Assembly: GCA_030390025.1 (NCBI GenBank)
Contig: JASTWF010000035.1
Span: forward strand, 1,054,001 to 1,118,000
Length of the DNA: 64,000 nt
Reading direction: 5' to 3'
Origin: Squalus acanthias
Lineage: Eukaryota
Below, piece after piece: positions 1 through 13,568 of the stretch (positions within the stretch are counted from its first letter, which is position 1; every line of letters starts with the position of its first letter). The notes beneath the pieces are model-generated. The model was not told the DNA's origin and did not search any database. It saw nothing but the letters and a program-made list of their open reading frames with translations. The position numbers and the translations under genes were made by a program.

Positions 1-3000
1 GTACATTCCCATTTCGACAGTGCGGCGCTCCCTCAGTGCCGCCCCTCCGATAGTGCGGCACTCCCTCAGTACTGCGGCTCCGACAGTGCGGCGCTCCCTC
101 AGAACCGGCCCTCCCTCAGTACTGCCCCTCCGACAGTGCAGCGCTCGCTCAGTACTGCCCCTCCGACAGTGTGGTGCTCCCTCTGTACTGCTGCTCCTCC
201 GGCAGTGCAGCACTCCCTCAGTACTGCCACCCCTCCGAAAGTGCAGCGCTCCCTCAGTACTGCATCTCCGACAGTGCAGCGCTCCCTCAGTACTGCCGCT
301 CCTTCGACAGTGTGGTGCTCCCTCAGCACTGCCCCTCTGATAGTGCAGCGCTCCCTGAGCACCGCCCCTCCGACAGTGCGGCGCTCCCTCAGTACCGCCC
401 CACCGACAGTGCGGCACTCCCTCTGTTCTGCCCCTCCGACAATGCAGCACTCCCTCAGTACTGCCCCTCTGACAGTGCAGCACTCCCTCAGTACCGCCCC
501 TCCGACAGTGCAGCACTCCCTCACTGCCGCCCCTCCGACAGTGCGGCGTTCCCTCAGTTCTGCCGCTCCTCCAACAGTGCAGCGCTCCCTCAGTACTGTC
601 CCTCCTACAGTGCAGTACTCCCTCAGTACTGCCGCTCCTCCGACAATGCAGCGCTCCCTCAGTACTGCCCCTCCGACAGTGCAGCGCTCCCTCAGTACTG
701 CCCGTCCGACAGTGCAGCACTCCCTCAGTACTGCCCGTCCGACAGTGCGGCGCTCCCTCAGTACCGCCCGTCCGACAGTGCAGCGCTCCCTCAGTACTGC
801 CCCTCCGACAGTGCAGCGCTCCCTCAGTACTGCCCGTCCGACAGTGCAGCACTCCCTCAGTACTGCCCGTCCGACAATGCAGCGCTCCCTCAGTACTGCC
901 CCTCCGACAGTGCCGCGCTCTCTCGGTACTACCCCTCTGACAATGCAGCTCTCCCTCAGTACCGCCCCTTTGACAGTGCGGCGCTCCCTCAGCAGCGCCC
1001 TTCCAACCCTGCGGCGCTCTCTCAGTACCGCCCGTGCGGCCATCCTTCGGTACTGCCCTTCTGACAGTGCGGCGCTCCTTCAGCACTGCCCCTCCGATAG
1101 TGCAGCACTCCCTCAGTACTGCCCCTCCGACAGTGCGGCGCTCCCTCAGTACATTCCCATTTCGACAGTGCGGCGCTCCCTCAGTGCCGCCCCTCCGATA
1201 GTGCGGCACTCCCTCGGTACTGCGGCTCCGACAGTGCGGCGCTCCCTCAGAACCGGCCCTCCCTCAGTACTGCCCCTCCGACAGTGCAGCGCTCGCTCAG
1301 TACATTCCCATTTCGACAGTGCGGCGCTCCCTCAGTGCCGCCCCTCCGATAGTGCGGCACTCCCTCAGTACTGCGGCTCCGACAGTGCGGCGCTCCCTCA
1401 GAACCGGCCCTCCCTCAGTACTGCCCCTCCGACAGTGCAGCGCTCGCTCAGTACTGCCCCTCCGACAGTGTGGTGCTCCCTCTGTACTGCTACTCCTCCG
1501 GCAGTGCAGCACTCCCTCAGTACTGCCGCCCCTCCGAAAGTGCAGCGCTCCCTCAGTACTGCATCTCCGACAGTGCAGCGCTCCCTCAGTACTGCCGCTC
1601 CTTCGACGGTGTGGTGCTCCCTCAGCACTGCCCCTCCGATAGTGCAGCGCTCCCTGAGCACCGCCCCTCCGACAGTGCGGCGCTCCCTCAGTACCGCCCC
1701 ACCGACAGTGCGGCACTCCCTCTGTTCTGCCCCTCCGACAGTGCGGCGCTCCCTCAGTACCGCCCCACCGACAGTGCAGCACTCCCTCAGTACCGCCCCT
1801 CCGACAGTGCAGCACTCCCTCACTGCCGCCCCTCCGACAGTGCGGCGTTCCCTCAGTTCTGCCGCTCCTCCGACAGTGCAGAGCTCCCTCAGTACTGTCC
1901 CTCCTACAGTGCAGTACTCCCTCAGTACTGCCGCTCCTCCGACAATGCAGCGCTCCCTCCGTACTGCCCCTCCGACAGTGCAGCGCTCCCTCAGTACTGC
2001 CCGTCCGACAGTGCAGCACTCCCTCAGTACTGCCCGTCCGACAGTGCAGCGCTCCCTCAGTACTGCCCCTCCGACAGTGCAGCGCTCCCTCAGTACTGCC
2101 CGTCCGACAGTGCAGCACTCCCTCAGTACTGCCCGTCCGACAGTGCAGCGCTCCCTCAGTACTGCCCCTCCGACAGTGCAGCACTCCCTCAGTACTGCCC
2201 CTCTGACAGTGCAGCACTCCCTCCGTACTGCCCCTCCGACAGTGCGCCACTCCCTCAGTACTGCCCCTCCGACAATGCGGCGCTCCCTCAGTACTGCCCC
2301 TCCGACAGTGCAGCACTCCCTCAGTACTGCCCGTCCGACAGTGCAGCGCTCCCTCAGTACTGCCCCTCCGACAGTACGGTGCTCCCTCAGTACTGCCCCT
2401 CCGACAGTGCGGCACTCCCTCAGTACTGCCCCTCCGACAGTGCAGCGCTCCCTCAGTACTGCCCCTCCGACAATGCGGCGCTCCCTCAGTACTGCCCCTC
2501 CGACAGTGCAGCACTCCCTCAGTACTGCATCTCCGACAGTCCGGCGCTCCTTCAGTATGCCGCTCCCTCAGTACCGCCCCTCCGACAGTCCGGCGCTCCC
2601 TCAGTATCGCCCTTCCGACCTTGCGGTGCTCCCTCAGTACTGCCGCTCCTTCGACAGTGCGGCGCTGCCTCAGTACTGCATCTCCGACAGTGTGGCACCC
2701 CCTCAGTGCTGCCGCTCCTTCGACAGTGCGGCGCTCCCTCAGTACTGCCGCTCCTCCGACATTCAGCGCTCCCTCAGTGCCGCCCCTCCGATAGTGCAGC
2801 GCTCCCTCAGTCCCGCCCCTCCGACAGTGCGGCACTCCCTCAGTACTGCTCTTCCGACAGTGCAGCACTCCCTCAGTACTGCATCTCCGACAGTGCGGCA
2901 CTCCCTCAGTACTGCTCTTCCGACAGTGCAGCACTCCCTCAGTACTGCATCTCCGACAGTGCGGCGCTCCTTCAGTATGGCGCTCCCTCAGCAGCGCCCC

Positions 3001-6000
3001 TCCGACAGTGTGGCTCTCCCTCGGTACTACCCCTCTAACAATGCAGCACTCCCTGAGTACTGCCTGTCCGACAGTGCGGCGCTCCATTAGTATTGCCCCT
3101 CCGACATTGCGGCGCTCCCTCAGTAACGTCCCTCCGACAGTGCAACGCTCCCTCAGTACTGCTGCCCCTCCGACAGTGCAGCGCTCCCTCAGTACCGCCT
3201 TTCCGACAGTGGGGCGCTCCCTCAGTACTGCTGCTCCTTCGACAGTGCGGTGCTCCCTCAGCACTGCCCCTCCGATAGTGCAGCGCTCCCACAGCACCGC
3301 CCCACCGACAGTGCGACACTCCCTCAGTACCGCCCCTCCGACAGTGCAGCGTTCCCTCACTGCCGTCCCTCCGACAGTGCAGCGCTCCCTCAGTACTGCC
3401 CCTCCAAAAGTGCGGCGCTCCCTCAGTACTGCCGCTCCTCCGACAGTGCGGCACTCCCTAAGTACTGCCCTTCCAACAGTGCAGCGTTCCCTCAGTGCTG
3501 CCCCGCCGACAGTGCGGCGCTCCCTCAGTGCTGCCGCTCCTCCGACAGTGCAGTGTTCCCTCAGTACTGCCCCTCTGACAGTGCAGCGCACCCTCAGTAC
3601 TGCATCTCCGATAGTGTAGCGCACCCTCAGTACTTCCGCTGCTTCGACAGTGCAGCGCTCCCTCAGTACTGCCACTCCGACAGTGCAGCGTTCCCTCAGT
3701 GCTGCCCCTCCGACAGTGCGGCGCTCCCTCAGTGCTGCCGCTCCTCCGACAGTGCAGAGTTCCCTCAGTACTGCCACTCCGACAGTGCAGTGTTCCCTCA
3801 GTACTGCCACTCCGACAGTGCAGCACTCCCTCAGTACTGCCGCTCCGACAGTGCGGCCCTCCCTCAGTACTGCCACTCCTCCGACATGCAGCGCTCCCTC
3901 AGCACCGCCCCTCCGACAGTGCGGCACTCCCTCTGTTCCGCCCCTCCGACAGTGCGGCGCTCCCTCAGTACTGCATCTCCGACAGTGCAGCGCTCCCTCA
4001 GTACTGCCCCTCTGACAGTGCAGCACTCCCTCCGTACTGCCCCTCCGACAGTGCGCCACTCCCTCAGTACTGCCCCTCCGACAATGCGGCGCTCCCTCAG
4101 TACTGCCCCTCCGACAGTGCAGCACTCCCTCAGTACTGCCCGTCCGACAGTGCAGCGCTCCCTCAGTACTGCCCCTCCGACAGTACGGTGCTCCCTCAGT
4201 ACTGCCCCTCCGACAGTGCGGCACTCCCTCAGTACTGCCCCTCCGACAGTGCAGCGCTCCCTCAGTACTGCCCCTCCGACAATGCGGCGCTCCCTCAGTA
4301 CTGCCCCTCCGACAGTGCAGCACTCCCTCAGTACTGCATCTCCGACAGTCCGGCGCTCCTTCAGTATGCCGCTCCCTCAGTACCGCCCCTCCGACAGTCC
4401 GGCGCTCCCTCAGTATCGCCCTTCCGACCTTGCGGTGCTCCCTCAGTACTGCCGCTCCTTCGACAGTGCGGCGCTGCCTCAGTACTGCATCTCCGACAGT
4501 GTGGCACCCCCTCAGTGCTGCCGCTCCTTCGACAGTGCGGCGCTCCCTCAGTACTGCCGCTCCTCCGACATTCAGCGCTCCCTCAGTGCCGCCCCTCCGA
4601 TAGTGCAGCGCTCCCTCAGTCCCGCCCCTCCGACAGTGCGGCACTCCCTCAGTACTGCTCTTCCGACAGTGCAGCACTCCCTCAGTACTGCATCTCCGAC
4701 AGTGCGGCACTCCCTCAGTACTGCTCTTCCGACAGTGCAGCACTCCCTCAGTACTGCATCTCCGACAGTGCGGCGCTCCTTCAGTATGGCGCTCCCTCAG
4801 CAGCGCCCCTCCGACAGTGTGGCTCTCCCTCGGTACTACCCCTCTAACAATGCAGCACTCCCTCAGTACTGCCTGTCCGACAGTGCGGCGCTCCATTAGT
4901 ATTGCCCCTCCGACATTGCGGCGCTCCCTCAGTAACGTCCCTCCGACAGTGCAACGCTCCCTCAGTACTGCCGCCCCTCCGACAGTGCAGCGCTCCCTCA
5001 GTACCGCCTTTCCGACAGTGGGGCGCTCCCTCAGTACTGCTGCTCCTTCGACAGTGCGGTGCTCCCTCAGCACTGCCCCTCCGATAGTGCAGCGCTCCCA
5101 CAGCACCGCCCCACCGACAGTGCGACACTCCCTCAGTACCGCCCCTCCGACAGTGCAGCGTTCCCTCACTGCCGTCCCTCCGACAGTGCAGCGCTCCCTC
5201 AGTACTGCCCCTCCAAAAGTGCGGCGCTCCCTCAGTACTGCCGCTCCTCCGACAGTGCGGCACTCCCTAAGTACTGCCCTTCCAACAGTGCAGCGTTCCC
5301 TCAGTGCTGCCCCGCCGACAGTGCGGCGCTCCCTCAGTGCTGCCGCTCCTCCGACAGTGCAGTGTTCCCTCAGTACTGCCCCTCTGACAGTGCAGCGCAC
5401 CCTCAGTACTGCATCTCCGATAGTGTAGCGCACCCTCAGTACTTCCGCTGCTTCGACAGTGCAGCGCTCCCTCAGTACTGCCACTCCGACAGTGCAGCGT
5501 TCCCTCAGTGCTGCCCCTCCGACAGTGCGGCGCTCCCTCAGTGCTGCCGCTCCTCCGACAGTGCAGAGTTCCCTCAGTACTGCCACTCCGACAGTGCAGT
5601 GTTCCCTCAGTACTGCCACTCCGACAGTGCAGCACTCCCTCAGTACTGCCGCTCCGACAGTGCGGCCCTCCCTCAGTACTGCCACTCCTCCGACATGCAG
5701 CGCTCCCTCAGCACCGCCCCTCCGACAGTGCGGCACTCCCTCTGTTCCGCCCCTCCGACAGTGCGACGCTCCCTCAGTACTGCATCTCCGACAGTGCAGC
5801 GCTCCCTCAGTACTGCCACTCCGACAGTGCAGCACTCCCTCAGTACTGCCACTCCGACAGTGCAGCATTCCCTCAGTGCTACCCCTCCGACAGTGCGGCG
5901 CTCCCTCAGTGCTGCCGCTCCTCCGACAGTGCAGTGTTCCCTCAGTACTGCCACTCTGACAGTGCAGCGCACCCTCAGTACTGCATCTCCGATAGTGTAG

Positions 6001-9000
6001 CGCACCCTCAGTACTTCCGCTCCTTCGACAGTGCAGCGCTCCCTCAGTACTGCCACTCCGACAGTGCAGCACTCCCTCAGTACTGCCGCTCCGACAGTGC
6101 GGCACTCCCTCAGTACTGCATCCCCGACAGTTTGGCGCCCCCTCAGTACTGCCGCTCCTTCGACAGTGCGGCGCTCCCTCAGTACTGCCACTCCTCCGAC
6201 ATGCAGCGCTCCCTCAGCACCGCCCCTCCGACAGTGCGGCACTCCCTCTGTTCCGCCCCTCCGACAGTGCGGCGCGCCCTCAGTACTGCATCTCCGACAG
6301 TGCAGCGCTCCCTCAGTACTGCCACTCCGACAGTGCAGCACTCCCTCAGTACTGCCACTCCGACAGTGCAGCGTTCCCTCAGTGCTGCCCCTCCGACAGT
6401 GCAGCACTCCCTCAGTACTGCCCCTCCGACAGTGCGGCGCTCCCTCAGTACTGACCCTCCGACAGTGCGGCGCTCTCTCGGTACTACCCCTCTGTCAATG
6501 CAGCTCTCCCTCAGTACCGCCCCTCCGACAGTGCGGCTCTCCCTTTAGTACTGCTCCTCCGACAGTGCGGCGCTCCCTCAGCAGCGCCCTTCCGACCCTG
6601 CGGCGCTCTCTCAGTACCGCCCGTGCGGCCATCCTTCGGTACTGCCCTTCCGACAGTGCGGCGCTCCCTCAGCACTGCCCCTCCGATAGTGCAGCACTCC
6701 CTCAGTACTGCCGCTCCATCAGTGCGGCGCTCCCTCAGTACAGCCCCATTCTGACAGTGCGGGGCTCCCTCAGTACTGCCGCTCCTTCGACAGTGCGGTG
6801 CTGCCTCAGTACTGCATCTCCGACAGTGTGGCGCCCCCTCAGTACTGCCGCTCCTTCGACAGTGCGGCGCTCCCTCAGTGCCGCCCCTCCGATAGTGCAG
6901 CGCTCCCTCAGTCCCGCCCCTCCGACAGTGCGGCACTCCCTCAGTACTGCGGCTCCGACAGTGCAGCACTCCCTCAGTACTGCATCTCCGACAGTGCGGC
7001 GCTCCCTGAGCAGCGCCCTTCCGACCCTGCGGCGCTCTCTCAGTACCGCCCGTGCGGCCATCCTTCGGTACTGCCCTTCCGACAGTGCGGCGCTCCCTCA
7101 GCACTGCCCCTCCGATAGTGCAGCACTCCCTCAGTACTGCCCCTCCGACAGTGCGGCGCTCCCTCAGTACAGCCCCATTCCGACAGTGCAGGGCTCCCTC
7201 AGTACTGCCGCTCCTTCGACAGTGCGGCGCTGCCTCAGTACTGCATCTCCGACAGTGTGGCGCCCCCTCAGTGCCGCCCCTCCGATAGTGCAGCGCTCCC
7301 TCAGTCCCGCCCCTCCGAAAGTGTGGCACTCCCTCAGTACTGAGGCTCCGACTTTGCAGCACTCCCTCAGTACTGCATCTCCGACAGTGCGGCGCTCCTT
7401 CAGTATGGCGCTTCCTCAGCAGCGCCCCTCCGACGGTGTGGCTCTCCCTCAGTACTACCCCTCTGACAATGCAGCACTCCCTCAGTACTGCCTGTCCGAC
7501 AGTGCGGCGCTCCATTAGTATTGCCCCTCCGACATTGCGGCTCTCCCTCAGTACTGCTCTTCCAACAGTGCGGCTCTCCTCTCCCTCAGTACTGCTCTTC
7601 CGACAGTGCGGCTCTCCCTCAGTACTGCTCTTCCGACAGTGCGGCGCTCCTTCGGTACTGCCCTTCCGACAGTGCAGCGCTCCCTCAGTACTGCCGCCCC
7701 TCCGACAGTGCAGCACTCCTTCAGTACCGCCTCTCCGACAGAACGGCGCTCCCTCAGTACTGCCGCCCCTCCGACAGTGCAGCACTCCCTCAGTACCGCC
7801 TCTCCGACAGTGCGGCGCTCCCTCAGTACTGCCGTGCTTCCAACAGTGCGGCACTCCCTCAGTACAGCCCCTCGACAGTGCAGCGCTCCCTCAGTACTGC
7901 CGCCGCTCCGACAGTGCAGCGCTCCCTCAGTGCCGCATCTCCGACAGTGCGGTGCTCCCTCAGTACTGCCACTCCTTCGACAATGCGGTGCTCCCTCAGC
8001 ACTGCCCTTCCGATAGTGCAGTGCTCCCTCAGCACCGCCCCACCGACTGTGGCACTCCCTCAGTAACGCCCCTCCGACAGTGTGGCGCTCCTCACTGCCG
8101 TCCCTCCGACAGTGCGGCGCTCCCTCAGTACTGCCCCTCCAAAACTGCGGCGCTCCCACAGTACTGCCGCTCCTCCGACAGTGCGGCACTCCCGAAGTAC
8201 TGCCCTTCCAGCAGTGCAGCACTCCCTCAGTACTGCCCCTCCGACAATGCGGCGCTCCCTCAGTACCGCCCCTCCGACAGTGCAGCACTCCCTCACTGCC
8301 GCCACTCCGACAGTGCGGCACTCCCTCAGTACTTCCGCACCTTCCACAGTGCAGCGCTCCCTCAGTACTGCCACTCCGACAGTGCAGCGCTCCCTCAGTG
8401 CTGCCCCTCCGACAGTGCAGCGCTCCCTCAGTACTGCCCCTCCGACAGCGCGGCGCTCCCTCAGTACTGACCCTCCGATAGTGCGGCGCTCTCTCGGTAC
8501 TACCCCTCTGACAATGCAGCTCTCCCTCAGTCCCGCCGCTCCGACATTGCAGCGCTCCCTCAGTACTGAGCCTCCGGCAGTGCAGCACTCCCTCAGTACT
8601 GCATCTCCGACAGTGCGGTGTACTCTCAGTACTCCCGCTCCTTCGAAAGTGCAGCGCTCCCTCAGTTCCGCCACTCCAACAGTGCGGCGCTCCTTCAGTA
8701 CCGCCCTTCCGACAGTGCGGCGCTCCCTCAGTACCGCCTCTCCTACAGTGCGGCGCTCCCTCAGTATGCCGCGCTTCCAACAGTGCGGCACTCCCTCAGT
8801 ACTGCATCTCCGACAGTGCAGCACTCCCTCAGTACTGCATCTCCGACAGTGCGGCGCTCCCTCAGTACTGCCGCTCCTTCGACAGTGTGGTGCTCCCTCA
8901 GCACTGCCCCTCCGATAGTGCAGCGCTCCCTCAGCACCGCCCCTCCGACAGTGTGGCACTCCCTCTGTTTTGCCCCTCCGACAGTGCGGCGCTCCCTCAC

Positions 9001-11902
9001 TGCCGCCCCTCCGACAGTGCGGCGTTCCCTCAGTTCTGCCGCTCCTCCGACAGTGCAGAGCTCCCTCAGTACTGTCCCTCTTACAGTGTAGTACTCCCTC
9101 AGTACTGCCGCTCCTCCGACAGTGCAGCACTCCCTCAGTACTGCCCCTCCGACAGTGCGGCGCTCCCTCAGTACCGCCCCTCCGACAGTGCAGCACTCCC
9201 TCACTGCCGCCCCTCCGACAGTGCGGCGTTCCCTCAGTTCTGCCGCTCCTCCGACAGTGCAGCACTCCCTCAGTACTGCCCCTCCGACAGTGCGGCACTC
9301 CCTCAGTACTGCCCCTCCGACAGTGCGGCGCTCCCTCAGTACTGCCCCTCCGACAGTGCGGCGCTCCCTCAGTACTGCCCCTCCGACAGTGCAGCGCTCC
9401 CTCAGTACAGCCCCATTTCGACAGTGCAGCGCTCCCTCAGTACAGCCCCATTTCGACAGTGCGGCGCTCCCTCAGTACTGCATCTCCGACAGTGTGCCGC
9501 CCCCTCAGTACTGCCGCTCCTTCGACAGTGCGGCACTCCCTCAGTACTGCCGCTCCTCCGACATGCAGCGCTCTAAAGTGCCGCCCCTCCGATAGTGCAG
9601 CGCTCCCTCAGTCCCGCCCCTCCGACAGTGCGGCACTCCCTCAGTCCCGCCCCTCCGACAGTGTGGCACTCTCTCAGTACTGCGGCTCCGACAGTGCAGC
9701 ACTCCCTCAGTACTGCATCTCCGACAGTGCGGCGCTCCCTCAGTACTGCTCTTCCGACAGTGCAGCACTCCCTCAGTACTGCATCTCCGACAGTGCGGCG
9801 CTCCTTCAGTATGGCGCCCCCTCAGCAGCGCCCCTCCGACAGTGTGGCTCTCCCTCGGTACTACCCCTCTGACAATGCAGCACTCCCTGAGTACTGCCTG
9901 TCCGACAGTGCGGCGCTCCATTAGTATTGCCCCTCCGACATTGCTGCTCTCCCTCAGTAACGTCCCTCCGACAGTGCGGCTCTCCCTCAGTACTGCTCTT
10001 CCGACAGTGCGGCGCTCCTTCGGTACTGCCCTTCCGACAGTGCAGCGCTCCCTCAGTACCGCCTCTCTGACAGTGCGGCGCTCCCTCAGTACTGCCGCTC
10101 ATTCGACAGTGCGGTGCTCCCTCAGCACTGCCCCTCCGATAGTGCAGCGCTCCCTCAGCACTGCCCCACCGACAGTGCGGCACTCCCTCAGTACCGCCCC
10201 TCCGACAGTTCAGCGCTCCCTCACTGCCGTCCCTCCGACAGTGCGGCGCTCCCTCAGTACTGCCCCTCCAAAAGTGCGGCACTCCCTCAGTACTGCCGCT
10301 CCTCCGACAGTGCGGCACTCCCTCAGTACTGCCCGTCCGACAGTGCAGCGCTCCCTCAGTACTGCCCCTCCAAAAGTGCGGCGCTCCCTCAGTACTGCCG
10401 CTCCTCCGACAGTGCGGCACTCCCTAAGTACTGCCCTTCCAACAGTGCAGCACTCCCTCAGTACTGCCCCTCCGACAATGCGGCGCTCCCTCTGTACTGC
10501 CGCTCCTCCGACAGTGCGGCACTCCCTAAGTACTGCCCTTCCAACAGTGCAGCACTCCCTCAGTACTGCCCCTCCGACAATGCGGCGCTCCCTCAGTGCT
10601 GCCGCTCCTCCGACAGTGCAGCGTTCCTTCAGTACTGCCCCTCTGACAGTGCAGCGCACCCTCAGTACTTCCGCTCCTTCGACAGTGCAGCGCTCCCTCA
10701 GTACTGCCACTCCGACAGTTCGGCACTCCCTCAGTACTGCCACTCCGACAGTGCAGCGCTCCCTCAGTACTGCCCCTCCGACAGTGCAGCGCTCCCTCAG
10801 TACTGCATCTCCGACAGTTTGGCGCCCCCTCAGTACTGCCGCTCCTTCGACAGTGCGGCGCTCCCTCAGTACTGCCGCTCCTCCGACAGTGCAGCGTTCC
10901 TTCAGTACTGCCCCTCTGACAGTGCAGCGCACCCTCAGTACTTCCGCTCCTTCGACAGTGCAGCGCTCCCTCAGTACTGCCACTCCGACAGTTCGGCACT
11001 CCCTCAGTACTGCCACTCCGACAGTGCAGCGCTCCCTCAGTACTGCCCCTCCGACAGTGCAGCGCTCCCTCAGTACTGCATCTCCGACAGTTTGGCGCCC
11101 CCTCAGTACTGCCGCTCCTTCGACAGTGCGGCGCTCCCTCAGTACTGCCGCTCCTCCGACATGCAGCACTCCCTCAGCACCGCCCCTCCGACAGTGCGGC
11201 ACTCCCTCTGTTCCGCCCCTCCGACAGTGCAGCGCTCCATCAGTACTGTCCGTCCTACAGTGCAGCGCTCCCTCAGTACCGCCTCTCCGACAGTGCGGCT
11301 CTCCCTTAGTACTGCCGCGCTACCAACAGTGCGGCACTCCCTCAGTACTGCATCTCCGACGGTGCAGCGCTCCCTCAGTACTGCCGCTCCTTCGACAGTG
11401 CGGTGCTCCCTCAACACTGGCCCTCCGATAGTGCCGCGCTCCCTCAGCACCGCCCCACCGACAGTGCGGCACTCCCTCCGTACCGCCCTTCCGACAATGC
11501 AGCGCTCCTTCACTGCCGCCCCTCCGACAGTGCGGCGCTCCCTCAGTACTGCCCCTCCAAAAGTGCAGCGCTCCCTCAGTACTGCCGCTCCTCAGACAGT
11601 GCGGCGTTCCCTCAGTACTGCCCCTCCGACAGTGCGGCACTCCTTCAGTACTGCCCCTCCGACAGTGCAGCGCTCCCTCAGTTCTGCCAGTCCGACAGTG
11701 CAGCACTCCCTCAGTACTGCATCTCCGACAGTTTGGCGCCCCCCTCAGTACTGCCGCTCCTCCGACAGTGTGGTAGTCCCTCTGTTCCGCCCCTCCGACA
11801 GTGCAGCGCTCCCTCAGTACTGCTTCTCCAAAAGTGCAGCGCTCCCTCAGCATAGCCCCTCCGAAAGTGCGGCGCTCCTTCAGTATGCCGCTCCCTCAGT
11901 AC
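1..11902. repeat. GC-rich tandem satellite, 33-bp unit CCCTCAGTACTGCCCCTCCGACAGTGCAGCGCT with 36-bp variants, roughly 350 units, open at the window start
   Basis: Unit read directly. Higher-order duplications at offsets 1299 (1 vs 1300), 1809 (2221 vs 4030) and 273 (10621 vs 10894). Unit lengths divisible by 3 explain the long spurious ORFs. Confidence 0.98.
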
Positions 11903-11914
11903 AGCTCCTCTTTG

Positions 11915-12128
11915 GCATTCTCTACCCCAGAGGGCTGTGGAGGCTCAGTCGTTGAGTATATTCAAGATAGAGATCGATAGATTTTTGGATATTAAGGGAA
12001 TCAAGGGATATGAGGATAGTGCAGGAAAGTGGAGATGAGGTAGAAGATCAGCCATGATCTTATTGAATGGCAGAGCAGGCTCAAAGGGCCAAATGGTCTA
12101 CACTGCTGTTCCTATTTCTTATGTTCTT
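11915..12128 (+). mobile_element. CR1 LINE 3' end fragment
   Basis: ORF2 C-terminal remnant followed by the CR1 3' UTR (CAGCCATGATCTTATTGAATGGC...CCTATTTCTTATGTTCTT) matching other CR1 copies in the window. Confidence 0.85.
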
Positions 12129-12192
12129 AAAGCGCTTTGGGACACCCTGAGGTCATGAAAGGTGCGATATAAATGCAAGCCTTTCTTTTCTT
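12128..12192 (+). mobile_element. 3' tail of a Deu-type SINE (AmnSINE1/SacSINE1-like)
   Basis: AAAGCGCTTTGGGAC...GAAAGGTGCGATATAAATGCAAG resembles the Deu-SINE tail as recalled; a related degenerate tail lies on the minus strand near 24875-24985. Confidence 0.6.
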
Positions 12193-12194
12193 TA

Positions 12195-12655
12195 TTATCT
12201 GTGTCTTCTGCCATTGGAAACAGTTTCTCTTTATTTACTCTATCTAAACCCTTCATGATTTTATCGAATCTCCTCTTAGCCTTCTCTGCTCTAAGTAGAA
12301 CAACCCCAGCTTCTCCAGTCTATCCACATAACTGTAATCCCTCATCCCTGGAACCATTCTGGTAATTCTCTTCTGTACCCTCTCCAAAGCTTTCACGTCC
12401 TTCCTAAAGTGTGGTGCCTAGATTTGGACACCGTACTCCAGCTGGGGCCGAACTAATGTTTTATATAGGTTTTATAAGGCATAACTTCCTGGCTTTTGTA
12501 CTCTATTCCTCTTTTGATAAAGCTCAGGATCTCATAAGCTTTTTATTAACTACTTTGTTAATCTTTCCTGCCACCTTCAAAGATTTGTGCTCAAACACCC
12601 CCAGGTCTCTCTGTCTTGCACCCGCCTTTAAAATTGTACCATTTAGTATGTATGA
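12195..12655 (-). mobile_element. Degraded CR1 ORF2 fragment
   Basis: Minus ORF remnant YILNGTILK...QRDLGVFEHKSLKVAGKINKVV matches CR1 ORF2 C-terminal region. Confidence 0.85.
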
Positions 12656-13034
12656 TCTCTGGAAAGTGGAAAGAAAAACAAAAATTGCTGTCACTGCAAA
12701 ATATTCAGAACAACTGAAATGACAAGCTGTACCTGCTCTGCTCTCTGATATAACAGTATGTTCCACAGTGTTTCATGGGGGGTCAGAGGTCACTCAGCAG
12801 AAAGTGGGAGAAAAGTCATGGCAAGTGAATGCATGAACGGTCAGAGACGGAGGATATGAGAAGGTTTTTGCAGATGGGCAGAGCAGTAGCCAGGCAGGAG
12901 GTCGAGGCGAATGTGCCAGTGTGAGGGATGTGACAGCTGTAGGTTGTGCCAGTGATGGTGGAGTGGGAGGGGGCGAAATGCAGAGTTAGAGGCCCTCTCT
13001 CCCTCCAAAGGGAACCCAGCACTTCCCTTTAGTA

Positions 13035-13270
13035 GAATCATAGAAACTTACAGCACAGAAGGAAGCCATTGGCCCATCGTGCCTGTGCCGGCTCTTTGAA
13101 AGAGCTATCCAATAATCCCACTCCCCCTGCTCTTTCCCCATAGCCCTGCAAATTTTTCCCCTTCAAGTATTTAGCCAATTCCCTTTTGAAATTTACTATT
13201 GAATCTGCTTCCACTGCCCTTTACTCGCTGCGTAAAAAAATCTCCTCGTCTCCCCTCTGGTTCTTTTGCC
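13035..13270 (-). mobile_element. CR1 3' end fragment
   Basis: AGAATCATAGAAACTTACAGCACAGAAGGAAGCCATT is the reverse complement of a CR1 tail; ORF remnant RGDFFTQRV. Confidence 0.8.
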
Positions 13271-13489
13271 AGATTCGTTGTAGGTCTGGGTCTTGGCTGA
13301 GGTCTACAAACACTGCAGCCATTCCATCTTTTGGTCTCCTCGCCCCATTGTGCATTGGTTGATGTGTTCTGTTGCTGCCCCACTCCATTTCCCTTACTTG
13401 ACAGCGAGCTCTCCCTTGGTAGCAGGGGTGCCACAGGAGGCCCCCACCACCCCTCCAACTCCCAGTAGGGAGAAGTAACCCTGTAAGCA

Positions 13490-13568
13490 ATGTCCAGCTT
13501 CACTCTAAAAGATGGCACCTTTGACAATGCAGCACTCCCTTGGTAATGCACAGGAAGTCAGAAGCCTA
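13490..13568 (-). mobile_element. Degenerate Deu-type SINE internal fragment homologous to the 33-bp satellite unit
   Basis: GATGGCACCTTTGACAATGCAGCACTCCCTTGGTAATGCA aligns with satellite CCCCTCCGACAGTGCAGCACTCCCTCAGTACTGC; SINE assignment is from recalled consensus. Confidence 0.55.

Noticed and set aside
20..11955. Dozens of long ORFs (up to 1602 aa) resembling mucin- or Cys-rich repeat proteins
   Set aside because: Open in several frames on both strands because 33/36-bp units lack stops; frames switch arbitrarily; no unique domain or splice structure.
12760..13030. Purine-rich unique-looking segment upstream of exon 1
   Set aside because: Short ORFs with no recognisable motif; could not be assigned.
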